Source: Octopus vulgaris
Lineage: Eukaryota
Assembly: GCA_951406725.2 (NCBI GenBank)
Contig: OX597830.1
Coordinates: 27,404,001-27,468,000, forward strand
DNA: 64,000 nucleotides
Reading direction: 5' to 3'
Part shown: piece by piece, positions 52,473 through 64,000 of the stretch
Layout of the letters: every line of letters begins with the position of its first letter
Numbering within the stretch: the stretch's first letter is position 1
Translations under genes and position numbers: made by a program
The notes under the pieces: generated by a model
Told to the model about the DNA's origin: nothing
The model's input: the letters and a program-made list of their open reading frames with translations, nothing else
Database searches by the model: none

Positions 52473-53670
52473 CCTCTCCCTCTCCCATTTTAACTTGACG
52501 AATATCATTATTTGTTCGTGTATATTAACTCGTTAATTTTGTTCCCTAACAAGCGTAAATTAAAAAAGTCAAAAAAAAAAAAAAGACAGAAAATTAAAAT
52601 ACTTAATATTCTTTTGGCTTTTAAAGTTTTCCACCCCATTTCGTATAATTTAATATTATTATATTAATAATATTATTCTGATCTATAGATTTTTCTCTCC
52701 ATCGCCTATAATTTTCATTACTTCGCGTAAATTTTAATATCTCCTAGCTTAACGAATGCATTTATGGCTCTGCACCCTAATTTGGCCGTTTCTCAAACCA
52801 TACCAAAGTACATTAATTTAATGATATTCTTCCGACGCCTTAGTTTTTCTTGTTCCCGTTCTTTTCCCGCTTTTTACTTTTAGATCAATTTATCTTTATT
52901 CTAATTTGTTTTCTTTTCACCTTAGCTACGGTAGGCTAAACAAATATAGTAATATTCTTACGACACCTAAATACAGTCCCTTTCCCATTTCGAGTAATTA
53001 ACAAGTTTTCATTACTTGATCAAAATTTTATAATCTATTAACTTTACTTAAGCCATTTACTCTCACGCACATTAAAACTTATCTTTAGTTTCATCAGAAC
53101 ACAAAGATCTCGAAACTTACTCTCACGCTTGTAATCTTATCGATATAAAAGGTTGAAACATTAATATAGGTAACTGCGCTCACATATAAACCAATACTAT
53201 TCATGTTTTTCTTCTTTTATTTAATCAAATCCGCAATCAATCGATTTGACTTTGGTCATTATCTTTAAAGTAAGTTTCAAAGCCTATGTTCGAATATGAG
53301 AATGGGACGACCGGGCTCAACTGTTTGGACGCCTGATGGTTTCGTACGGTTGATTGGACATTGAACTTGATTTCTCGACAGTACGTTTTGATAAAGGAGG
53401 CAAACGTGTACATACATATTCGCATGCACACACGTATACGCAAGTGCACACATACACATACACACACACATAACACACATACGTGCACACGCCTGCACGT
53501 ACACACTTATGAACGCGAACGTAGAAGAAATATACTCGTACACGAAAGTGTGAACGAGAGACTGAAAGAGAGAGGGAGAGAGGGGAAAAAGAGGGATGGG
53601 AGAGGGGAGAGGGAGAAAGGGAGAAGGTCAGATGAGGAGAGAGATAGATAGAGAGGTGGAGGAAGAGAGA

Positions 53671-53770
53671 GAGAGACAGAGGGCTGAGAGCAGGAGAAAG
53701 AGGAAGAGAGATATTACACATGCATACAAGCACAACGAGATGTTTATAAACATAAACAGAAAGAAAGAAC

Positions 53771-53827
<57 letters not shown>

Positions 53828-53936
53828 TGTGTGTATGTGTGGGAGAGAAAGAAAGAGAGAACAGGAGGAACATTAAGATGTCTGATGTCAAATAAGTCAA
53901 CGTCGAATCAGCAGCACCGAATAGGCATACCAAAAA
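53671..53936 (+). repeat. Local direct duplication, copy 1 (copy 2 at 56062-56324)
   Basis: Both copies share gagagacagagggctg...ttacacatgcatacaagcacaacg...taaacataaacag-(GA)n-gagaacaggaggaa.attaaga.gtctgatgtcaaataagtcaacgtcgaa.cagcagc. Confidence 0.9.
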
Positions 53937-54925
53937 TGCTATACCAAAATGTCCCATACACTCTGAATATATATAAAGCTATCTTGAAATATCTAGAGTC
54001 AATCTCCTGAATGATCAGAGTATTGCTGAAATCAAATTGCTTGAAAAAGAATTCTGAATGAAAAAAAGAAAGCTACTCTACAATATGTATTGAGTACTCT
54101 TTTCTTATTTCGTTTGCAAAGTATCACGTTTGAATGTCAGATTTAACCTTGCTTCTGCTTGTTTGCGCAGGTCTGGGCAATTCAGTTTTGAAGTGTACAG
54201 ACTAGTGCCTATGCATGTAAGACTAATTTCTGCACGTCACTTATGTTTATCGAAGCGAACAGGTTTCAGTTTGAACCGATAGAGCTTAATGCTTGATAGA
54301 ATACTTTATATGTGCCGGCTCTCTGCACTCTGAGTTCAAATTCAGCCTAAATTGATTCGGTTTGAGGACTACGTTAAATATGCATATATCTCTAGAATAT
54401 TCAGTCATTTAGATGCTGAGTTAAATAACTGAATCTTCAATGTCGAAACCAAGAGAGAATTCGCCATACTTGATGGTTTCTCTACTGCTTTTCTGTGCGA
54501 CTTTGTCTGTGGAATATCCAGCCAATTAGGTGCTGTGTTCAGAATGTTCAATGTCGATACTGAAAGAGAATCCGCCATACTTGATGGTATCTCAACTGTT
54601 CTTCAGTGAGACTATCGTCAAAATACCTAATATGAAATTGAACATCGCTATCGAGCAGCCCTATTTAAATTGACAGCGGCATTTTGGAGTCATTTCTGGC
54701 TTATGTATTCAAACACTCTATTTTTTAAAATTTTCATGTATAAAGAGAGTCAGCTGTCACCGGCGGCAAAGTAAGACTTGGTGAAATGTAGCAAGCATTT
54801 TGCTCATTGTTTTAGGTGTCTATGTAGTCACGAATAGACGTAGAGACGTTCTAACTCAGAAACACATCTAGAACGCAAAAACTAGAGAGTGAAGGCTGCA
54901 TCAGACGAGTGCTGGCACACATTTG

Positions 54926-55272
54926 CAGGGTAGTAGAACTAAATTTAAAAGTTTGCATAAAAGGAAAGACAAACGCAATATCTCATCTAAAAATGAAATT
55001 ATTGAAAAGAATTTCAAAATATCAATTCGATTATAGCCGGGAAATAACAGTTTTACTCAAAGTAGCCATCCTCGGTTTCCACCACGGCATGAAAACAGCT
55101 CCGGAACTTGGCGCATGTATTCTTCACTCTGGGAAGATCTTCGAATACCTCTTTGATCTTGGCCACTAGCTCGGTTTTGGTGCTACAAACAGAGCGGTTG
55201 GTGTCTTTCTCGTCCGTGCCTCACACATTGTAATCCACGCGCGGGAATTAGGAGGTCAGAAATTGAAGCTGG
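54926..55272 (-). mobile_element. 3' fragment of a maT/DD37D-like Tc1/mariner transposon
   Basis: Minus strand encodes F*PPNS...DYNV*GTDEKDTNRSVCSTKTELVAKIKEVFEDLP..KNTCAKFRSCFHAVVETEDGYFE*, the C-terminus of a mariner-like transposase. Confidence 0.8.
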
Positions 55273-55408
55273 TAAAAACGCATAACTTTATGTTATCGCG
55301 AACCGAACACGCTAATCATAAGGCGCTGCGACTTTCACAACTATCGTCTACTAATATTATGAATGCTCTATATTAATGCAAACTGCTGCAAAATTCTGAA
55401 TTTATATA

Positions 55409-55574
55409 GGCGTAGGAGTGGCTGTGTGGTAAGTAGCTTGCTTACGAACTACATGGTTCCGGGTTCAGTCCCACTGCGTGGCACCTTGGGAAAGTGTCTT
55501 CTACTATAGCCTCGGGCCGACCAAAGCCTTGTGAGTGGATTGGTTGACGGAAACTGAAAGAAGCCCGTCGTATG

Positions 55575-55605
<31 letters not shown>

Positions 55606-55860
55606 GTGTGTATGTTTGTGTGCCTGCGTTTGCCTCCCCAACATCGCTTGACAACCGATGCTGGTGTGTTTACGTCTCCGTAACTTAGCGGTTCGGCAAA
55701 ATAAACCGATAGAATAAGTACTCGGCTTACAAAGAATAAGCCCTGGGGTCGATGTGCTGGACTAAAGGCGGTGCTCCAGCATGGCCACAGTCAAATGACT
55801 GAAACAAGTAAAAGAGTAAAAGAGTAAAAAGAGAGTAAACGAGAGTAAAAAGAGAGAGTA
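55409..55860 (+). mobile_element. SINE family B, full length
   Basis: tRNA-like head (gtggctgtgtggtaag; gggttcagtccc), CORE-like gcaccttgggaaagtgtctt, internal (TA)/(TG) tract, 3' end ggtgctccagcatggccacagtc and an (AAAGAGT)n tail. Confidence 0.92.
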
Positions 55861-56061
55861 CATATACTTTGAGAACCTTTTAAAAACCTTCTAACAGTTT
55901 CAAAGTGTTTTAGTATATTTTAAAAAGTATTTTACAATAATTACTACTCAATGGCTACTTCTACACAAATCACAACATACGTCTTCTTAGTCCAAGCAAA
56001 CTTAAATGTCCGGCTCTCATTGAATCCTAAACCGCCATTAGCACTAGGGCACCATATGAGA

Positions 56062-56324
56062 GAGAGACAGAGGGCTGTGTGCAGGAGAAAGAGGGAAGAG
56101 ATGTTACACATGCATACAAGCACAACGTAATGCCTGTAAACATAAACAGAGAGAAAGAACGAGAGAGAGAGAGAGAGAGAGAGAAAGAAGAAAGAAAGAA
56201 AGAAAGAAGGAAAGAAGGAAAGAAAGAAAGAAGGAAAGAAAGAGAGAACAGGAGGAAGATTAAGACGTCTGATGTCAAATAAGTCAACGTCGAAACAGCA
56301 GCGCTAAATAGGCATCGCCAAAAT
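56062..56324 (+). repeat. Local direct duplication, copy 2
   Basis: See 53671-53936. Confidence 0.9.
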
Positions 56325-56907
56325 TCTAGTGAGAATTCTAGTAATAGCAATCATTTAGCTTTGATTAAACACATTCCTCTGATCAAATACACTCCTATAA
56401 TGACCAACCCCTCATTTCAGGAGTTTCTTCAGAACAATGTAATCCAATACATTTTTTTTCTTATTGAAAATGTAAGGTAGTGTTTTGAGCAAGTTTTGGT
56501 TGCTATTCACAGGTTCTCTGGTTGATTCCAGATCCTTCTTGCTGCTTTTTTTTTGTTTTCGATTGTTTATATGTAGTTTACTGAGAATGATTTTATTGTC
56601 TATATAGTTACTATTTTAGAATGTACAGATTTTAATCCTTTTGATACCGATCCACCCGAGGCCATCTCTAGTGTTTAAAATGATCTAAATTAAGCTCTCC
56701 ATTTAATGTTCCAAATATCAGCTAAATAATGACAAGGTTATTTTACAAGCTACATTATTTACAAAGTTAATCGAAGCAAAAGTAACGTACTTTAACAGAA
56801 ATATAATAAAAGAGTGAAATACGCTTCATCGCAATGGATAACACTTCTCAGGTTTCTGCTCTTCATTTCGAGTTTGCTCTTCACTGAGAGAGAGAGGGGG
56901 GCGAAAC

Positions 56908-56938
<31 letters not shown>

Positions 56939-57157
56939 GCGAGAGAGAGAAAGAGAAATAGAGAGAGAGAAAGAGAGAGAGAGAGAGGCAGCGATGGCTT
57001 CGTATTAGCCTGGCATCATATTGACATCCTAAGTGTAAGTTCAATTCGAGTGAATCTTTGCATCGCTCAAAATCTTTTATGAAGGCAACGGCAAAGCACG
57101 AGCTCACCTCTCTTAGTATTATCATTGTTCTCACCTCCACGAATCTTTCACTCTTTA

Positions 57158-57573
57158 GGCGGCGAACTTGTAGAATCGTTAGCGTTCCGGGCGAAATGCT
57201 TAGCAGTATTTCGTCTGCCGCTACGTTCTGAGTTCAAATTGCACCGAGGTCGACTTTGCCTTTCATCCTTTCGGGGTCGATTAAATAAGTACCAGTTACG
57301 CACTGGGGTCGATATAATCGACTTAATCCGTTTGTCTATCCTTGTTTGCCCTCTCTGTGTGTAGCCCCTTGTGGGTAGTAAAGAAATAGGTATTTCGTCT
57401 GCCGTTACGTTCTGAGTTCAAATTCCGCCGATGCCGACTTTACCTTTCATCCTTTCGGAGTTGATTAAATAAGTACCAGTCACGCACTGGGGTCTATATA
57501 ATCGACTTAATCCGTTTGTCTGTCCTTGTTTGTCCCCTCTATGTTTAGCCCATTGAGGGCAATAAAGAAATAA
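57158..57573 (+). mobile_element. SINE family A, dimeric
   Basis: Full unit followed by a second unit from ggtatttcgtctg (~57389). Imperfect TSD gaat(c/a)ttt(c/t)act. Confidence 0.9.
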
Positions 57574-58789
57574 GAATATTTTACTTTCTACCTTTTTAAT
57601 AATGTACTCATGAAAGCGTCTCTATCAGATACAGCATTTTCCCGTCTCCCTGTTACCAGAAAGAAATATCCATCGATTATCACCTGCTTCTTTCATAGCT
57701 CCAAACATCGAGTGGGGGTGAACAGCTGCAATAACGATTATAAACAGGCAGTAGTTGTAGAGCTGAGATGAGTTAAATTTTACTCAATGTATACATAAGA
57801 ATTTACTAATAAAAACTATGAGCGAAAAAATATCAAATCCAAGTTACTTTCAAAAGTAAAATCGTATGTGATTGGCAGTAAATACATAATTGATTGTATT
57901 TCAAATTAGAGGATGGAAGAAATATTCTAAAAAGCCAAATTATAAGCAATGCCTCTTGAATAATTTAGCATTTTCTGATTCTGATATTCACTGTCGATGG
58001 GTTGAGTTCTCGGTATACAGTCTTTACATTTGTTTTTGCAATATGGAGTTTCGTATCAACAATATACTGTAGGTACATCATTTTTTTTTTATTGCTTATT
58101 TCATTTTCAAGATTTCTAAAAACTTCTAAATCGTGAGATGGAATTACTTATTTTTTACTACGAATATCTTTTTCTTTGTTAATGAAGTAAGATTTAGCAA
58201 GTCAATGGATAAAAACTTAAAACAATACAGGTTGGAAATTTCACTGGCAGCTATTGCTATACCCCACTACAGATGCTTTCAGAGCAAGGGAGGGAGAAAA
58301 ATAATATTTAGCAGTCTACGAATAAAATGTATGGCAATAAATTTTAGGACAATGAATTGACCAGCGTTATATTTGTACGAGCAAAACGGCCCCCGTCCAA
58401 TGGACCGTGTTGAGTTGTCAAATATTTAAACCAAATTTTCTCAGAACAACTTGTCCGACCGTCCCATAGGCCTCCCCTTTGAGAAACACTGATTTAACCT
58501 AAATTTGAGACACCAGCAAAAGAAGAAATAAAGATATACTTTTTTCTATTCCAAAGAAAAACGATTTTATTCACACAAATATGCAACCGAAGAGTTTAAA
58601 GTACCAGTAATGATAAGGCTGTTGACTACGAGAACAAACATGGTTTAAACAGTAAGCTTGGCAGGAAAGAAACGTGCCTTTAAGCAGTACAAAAACAACA
58701 AAAAATGGAAGGTGCAGTTATGTACAGGTTGACGGAAGAAAAACGGGACAAAAACGGCTTTATCGATCGCATTGTCACCTGGAATCGAT

Positions 58790-58930
58790 TTTTGTAATTT
58801 TTCAAGACTTATACACGCCCTGATACCATCGGTACCTGCATATCAAATTTGAGCGCAATCGGATGGAAGATGCCCGAGATCCTAGAAGACACACACACAC
58901 AGATAGACAGAACGGATTTTATATAATAGA
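58790..58930 (-). mobile_element. 5' end of a non-autonomous Helitron-like element
   Basis: Minus strand A|TCtattatataaaatccgttctgtctatctgtgtgtg...ccatccgattgcgctcaaatttgatatgc has the same 5' architecture (TC, TATATAAAA, short microsatellite) as the 6527 and 7662 Helitrons. No matching CTAG end was located. Confidence 0.55.
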
Positions 58931-60514
58931 TTACAAACCGGTTGCTATGTTTTGAAAATATCACGTGATGGAATTACAGGCGACGTGCTTACCGTCACGT
59001 AATTACTCGTAATACCTTTACTGTGAACCTACGCAAACACAAGCACTTCCGCTTCTTTACCTCTCATGTATTGTATTCCTCACTGTCGTAATGAAATCGT
59101 TCACAGTTCTCGAGAATGTGTCAGCATTATCCACTAAGTAGATGCTGTCTACGCGTGACGAGTCCAAGGATGTAGTATGTACTAGTAGCACTCCAGCTTT
59201 TTTCATATAAGTTGCATCCAATACAAAGTAAGATGTTGCACTCTTCATTGATCACCGACAACTGAAGTGGCCTTTCACTTTCGTCTTTCCCTCACCATAC
59301 CTCAGCAGTGGTTGAGTTGAGTTTGACACATTTTAATGCGACATTCCTCAGTTTTTATCGAACTACTCTTGTTTGCATTGGTGTATTGCTTTGACTTTAT
59401 GACACATGTTCATATCTTGATAAACCCGGCTGTCTGACAAAAAGACAAAAAGACAAAACATTGTCGCCAGTGGAACCAGCTGAACGTACATTCATTTCTA
59501 ACAATTTAACGTGAATATAAAATTTTGAAAAGGGCACAGTCAATTAAACCAAGTATGTATAGGGGGTAGTGTTGTTTAGCAACTACATGGTTTCGGTCCA
59601 ATCCTATTCCATAACACTCTAGACTAGTGTCTTTTACCATAGCCTCGAGTTGGCCAAAAGTTTTGAATGAAATTTACGGAAACTGCGTGGAAACTACATG
59701 GACGGACCGTATCCGTTTTTAGATGTCAAACTTTATCCATCGCTTGGTTCAACATAAAGATGAGACGCGTTAGTTATTTTGGCGCAAAATCCAAACAGTT
59801 ACATGCATTTCCATCAGGCCCCCAGTCTTCCAGTACTGTCTCATTTCTACCAACCTCGGAACTCCTCCAACTGGTCAGGGATTTTACTTTATATCCTTTG
59901 ACTAAAGAATTAAAAATATCGACCGGGGTATTTGAATTGTGATTTATTTATCAAATCGGAAAAGTACAAGGAAACATTGACCTCGTGGCATTCTCATTTC
60001 AAATGGATAATGTTCCTTAGAAGCAATTAAACATGAAAATATTCTAAAGACGGTTAATAGTGATTTAACGACATAGTGATGCCTTAAGTGTTTTGGAGCG
60101 CTGGAAAGCGATAATTGATATACTGGAGGTCCATTGCTTACTCAATGTTCCATAGCATCCGTTGATCCAATAAAAAAAAGAGAAAAAAATTTTTAAATGT
60201 AAAAGTAAAAAAATAAAGGATTGCGAAAATCTGCAAAGTTTTGTAAGTAAAGGTGATAGAAAAAAATGGCGGTGATAAGAGTATGTATGTGTATAAGTGT
60301 GAGTGTGTGTGCATGTGTATGTGTATATGACAGTCTTCGTATCTGTGTGTGTTGCCATACGTTCGTATGTCGGTGGGTATACATATATAATGGTTCCTAC
60401 AAGAACTGTTGATATCAACATAGACAATTACGCAGAGAAGGTAACAAAACCGAGAACACGTACATGGTTAGAAATTCTACACGCATACACACACCCACAC
60501 AGACACAGACACAG

Positions 60515-60546
<32 letters not shown>

Positions 60547-60799
60547 GCATGCATATAAAAACACACATACACAAGTATACTCGCATACACAGAGACATAT
60601 ATATATATATATATATATGTATATTATATATCTATATATATATATAACATAAGGGACTAAAGCCATCTGAATATGGCTAGGGACAGGGCAGGGTGGTGGG
60701 GGTGTTACTGTTGCATTTAGCCCCAGGCGAACATCAACGTCGCCAGATGGGCTTGACACCATCACGGTGTCTTTTAACCTGCAAAGGGAGATAATTCCC

Positions 60800-60881
60800 C
60801 GATGAAGCGGAAACCACACACGGACCTAGGTTTCAAGGTGTATTGCCTATCATCAACGTGTGGTAGGCCCCCGCTTCCTCG
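60800..60881 (-). ncRNA. Type I hammerhead ribozyme (inverted copy)
   Basis: Exact reverse complement of 61185-61266. Confidence 0.8.
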
Positions 60882-61184
60882 ACGAAATCTCACTCTGCAG
60901 GATATTCATATATAGATTTTCAAGCAAAATACATTTGCTGATTTCGAAAATCTGTTCGACAGCGACGTTGATGTTCGCCTGGGGCTAAATGCAACAGTAA
61001 CACCCCCACCACCCTGCCCTGTCCCTAGCCATATTCAGATGGCTTTAGTCCCTTATGTTATGGAGCAGTTACTGTCTATATCTCATTTAGAGAATTATTA
61101 TTGCTGTCGAACAGATTTTCGAAATCAGCAAATGTATTTTGCTTGAAAATCTATATATGAATATCCTGCAGAGTGAGATTTCGT

Positions 61185-61266
61185 CGAGGAAGCGGGGGCC
61201 TACCACACGTTGATGATAGGCAATACACCTTGAAACCTAGGTCCGTGTGTGGTTTCCGCTTCATCG
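61185..61266 (+). ncRNA. Type I hammerhead ribozyme with palindromic stem III
   Basis: Stem I cacacg/cgtgtg, extended by cgaggaagcgg/ccgcttcatcg. Core TTGATGA (61210-61216). Stem II agg-caataca-cct. GAAA at 61232-61235. Stem III palindrome A-CCTAGG-T. GUC cleavage site after 61243. Confidence 0.8.
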
Positions 61267-61464
61267 GGGAATTATCTCCCTTTGCAGGTTAAAAGACACC
61301 GTGATGGTGTCAAGCCTATCTGGCGACGTTGATATTCGCCTGGGGCTAAATGCAACAGTAACACCCCCACCACCCTGCCCTGTCCCTAGCCATATTCAGA
61401 TGGCTTTAGTCCCTTATGTTATGGAGCATTTACTGTCTATATCTCATTTAGAGAATTATTATTG

Positions 61465-61504
<40 letters not shown>

Positions 61505-61547
61505 TTGTGTGTATATATGTTGAGATATGTTTTTATATATATACATA

Positions 61548-61588
<41 letters not shown>

Positions 61589-61976
61589 GTATATATACAT
61601 ACACACACACACACACACACACATACGCGCGCACATACACAGACATGGACATACATACGCGCGCGCGCGCACACACTCATATGTAACACAAACATAGTCG
61701 TACAGCTGCATATGCTTCACAGGAACATAATTTAACGTGTATTTAATTACGAAAACAAATTACTACATCATTTCTGGAGTTTAATGATTCAATCTAGAGG
61801 TTTCTTCACAGCTTCCTGTTTCTATCTTCCTTCTTAAAGAGGTCTTCCAGACGCATTTCATTTCTCATACACAAACATACACATTTATATTAAACATATA
61901 TTTACTTGTATTTTGATAATTATAGCCATATGCATATCTGTCTATCTGTCTGTCTGTATGTCTGTCTATCTGTCTG

Positions 61977-62055
<79 letters not shown>

Positions 62056-62080
62056 CTATATATTGAATCATGTACATGCA

Positions 62081-62124
<44 letters not shown>

Positions 62125-62127
62125 TAT

Positions 62128-62200
<73 letters not shown>

Positions 62201-62632
62201 CGAGTAAAGGAATATAGGTAACATCCAAACTCTTCGAAGATACTTTTCCCGTTATGCGAAAGACGGATAAATCTATTCATCGATTATGATGCTACCCTAC
62301 TGCAACAAATGTGGTACCTAACTGTCACAAGTAAACTCGGGAATCTCAGATGATGAAAGCTGTGTTTCGATATTGAGGGATATAAAGGAATAACAAGAGT
62401 ATTAACGCTAATGACCTTTCTTTAGTTTATAATTAAAATTTTGATTCATTAAATATTTATGGTTACGGTTCTGCACATATAAACATGCCAATCTGCAGTT
62501 AACGTTACGCACGGACGTACATATCCGTTAATGTTGGTAACATACATGCACGTATGTATATATGTATAAGTATGTGCAAATATATGTGTATGTGGGAATG
62601 TATGTGCAGTTTGTGTAGATATGTATGTAGTG

Positions 62633-62719
<87 letters not shown>

Positions 62720-62887
62720 ACCCGGCTCTTTAGTGTAATCAAATATATAGCCTATAAATAGACGTGTGTAGATGAATACATCGTACACATATACGCACAG
62801 AACATATGCGTTTATGTACATAAATTCATACATACACATAAACATATATGTAAGTATATGTTTATATACATATATAAAGATGCACAC

Positions 62888-62940
<53 letters not shown>

Positions 62941-63644
62941 AGTATGTGTATATGTAATATGTGTATGCATATATGTAATATGTGTATGCATATATGTATT
63001 ATCTAGCGGTATATATATCTCTCTATCTCTTTCTATTTACATATGTGGTTGTGTGCGCCTCTATGTGGCCGGTTATGTGTGTGCTCACTAATGTATGTGC
63101 GTGTTTTATATCAATTTTCACAGTGTTATGAAAGCTATGCTTTATAGCAGCTTAATATCCGATCATTTCTATTGTCTCTTTAGCAGCATTTACCTATATT
63201 GTTCATTTGCTTTAATCTAGATTGATCTCCACTTCTTGTTTTATGTGTTCGTTGAATGGGGCTGCTAATGAAATTCAAAAGCAAAGGACTATAAACTCCT
63301 TCCATTCGCCACCACTCACCATCACTCACCACCACTCGCCACCACCACCACCACCACCACCACCACCACCACCACCACCACCACCACCACCACCACCACC
63401 ACCACCACTCGCCACCACCACCACCACCACCAATCAGAAATCACCGTCGGCATCAACGTTTACTCATACGCACATATGTATATATATATACACATGTACA
63501 CACACATACGCACACATATATATCCACTTGTACATAATTAAATGCACACACACATATATGTTCGTATGTAAGTATATGCATGTATATATCTGTATGTAAG
63601 TATAAACCTGTATATATACTTATTTACACACGTACATCTATGTA

Positions 63645-63680
<36 letters not shown>

Positions 63681-64000
63681 TATATGCATTTATGTATGTA
63701 TATATATATATATACAGACACATATTAATATATACACATATACATATTTACACACATGAATATATACATATTTACACACATGAATATATATACGTATATA
63801 TAAACATATATATATATATGTACGTATATATATATGTGTGTGTTCATATATGTGCTTATATACGCTTATTAGATAAATAGTCTTTTGTTAACACATTGGA
63901 GATTTGTTAGTCATTTAATAGCACGATTCAGATTTTGCGTTTTATTGTATTTTTGGTATTGTTCTTGTTGTTAATGATCTCAGCCATACTAGTGGTGGCA

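Larger units (their letters stand above)
60644..61465. mobile_element. Hammerhead-containing non-autonomous retroelement (retrozyme / Penelope-like), inverted plus partial-tandem architecture, inserted in (TA)n
   Basis: 144-bp direct repeats at 60962-61105 and 61323-61466 (period 361 bp). 60644-60963 is the reverse complement of 61103-61422 with about 2 mismatches. Hammerhead cores on both strands; (TA)n flanks. Confidence 0.85.

Noticed and set aside
55409-55485. Genuine tRNA genes at SINE heads (also 1320-1396, 23730-23807, 49869-49955)
   Set aside because: Cloverleaf stems are imperfect, and each head continues into SINE core and tail sequence, several with TSDs.
53671-56324. LTR retrotransposon defined by the direct repeats
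   Set aside because: No TG/CA termini, PBS, PPT, TSD or gag/pol remnants between the repeats.
62343-62378. Hammerhead-like ATGATGA-aagc tgt gttt-cGATA motif
   Set aside because: Both core segments deviate and stem III is absent. Compatible with chance.

Overview
AT-rich, microsatellite-saturated eukaryotic (animal) genomic DNA. The SINE families, the mollusc-type 5S copy and the repeat landscape suggest a coleoid cephalopod, probably Octopus; this is an inference, not a database result. No intact host protein-coding exon can be supported, and nearly all ORFs in the track are translations of (TA)n/(CA)n/(TAA)n/(GAT)n/(GA)n repeats or SINEs. Recognisable content: (1) three tRNA-derived SINE families, many with target-site duplications and some dimeric; (2) a ~3 kb R4/Dong-clade non-LTR retrotransposon with an internal deletion, inserted in a (TAA)n tract, plus a second short 3' copy; (3) relics of RTE LINEs, Penelope-like RT and DD37D (maT-type) Tc1/mariner transposases; (4) non-autonomous Helitrons, including an inverted pair; (5) a dispersed 5S rRNA pseudogene. 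The most striking structure is a young, non-coding ~820 bp insert in (TA)n at 60644-61465. It is built from a 361-bp unit in partial tandem plus a 320-bp inverted copy, and carries two oppositely oriented type I hammerhead ribozymes with a palindromic stem III (retrozyme / non-autonomous Penelope-like architecture). Several further decayed minimal hammerheads are scattered through the window. Splice-like signals hint at a non-coding or 5'UTR transcript on the minus strand (~34 kb to ~24 kb), but this is unproven. Coordinates of degenerate repeats are approximate.
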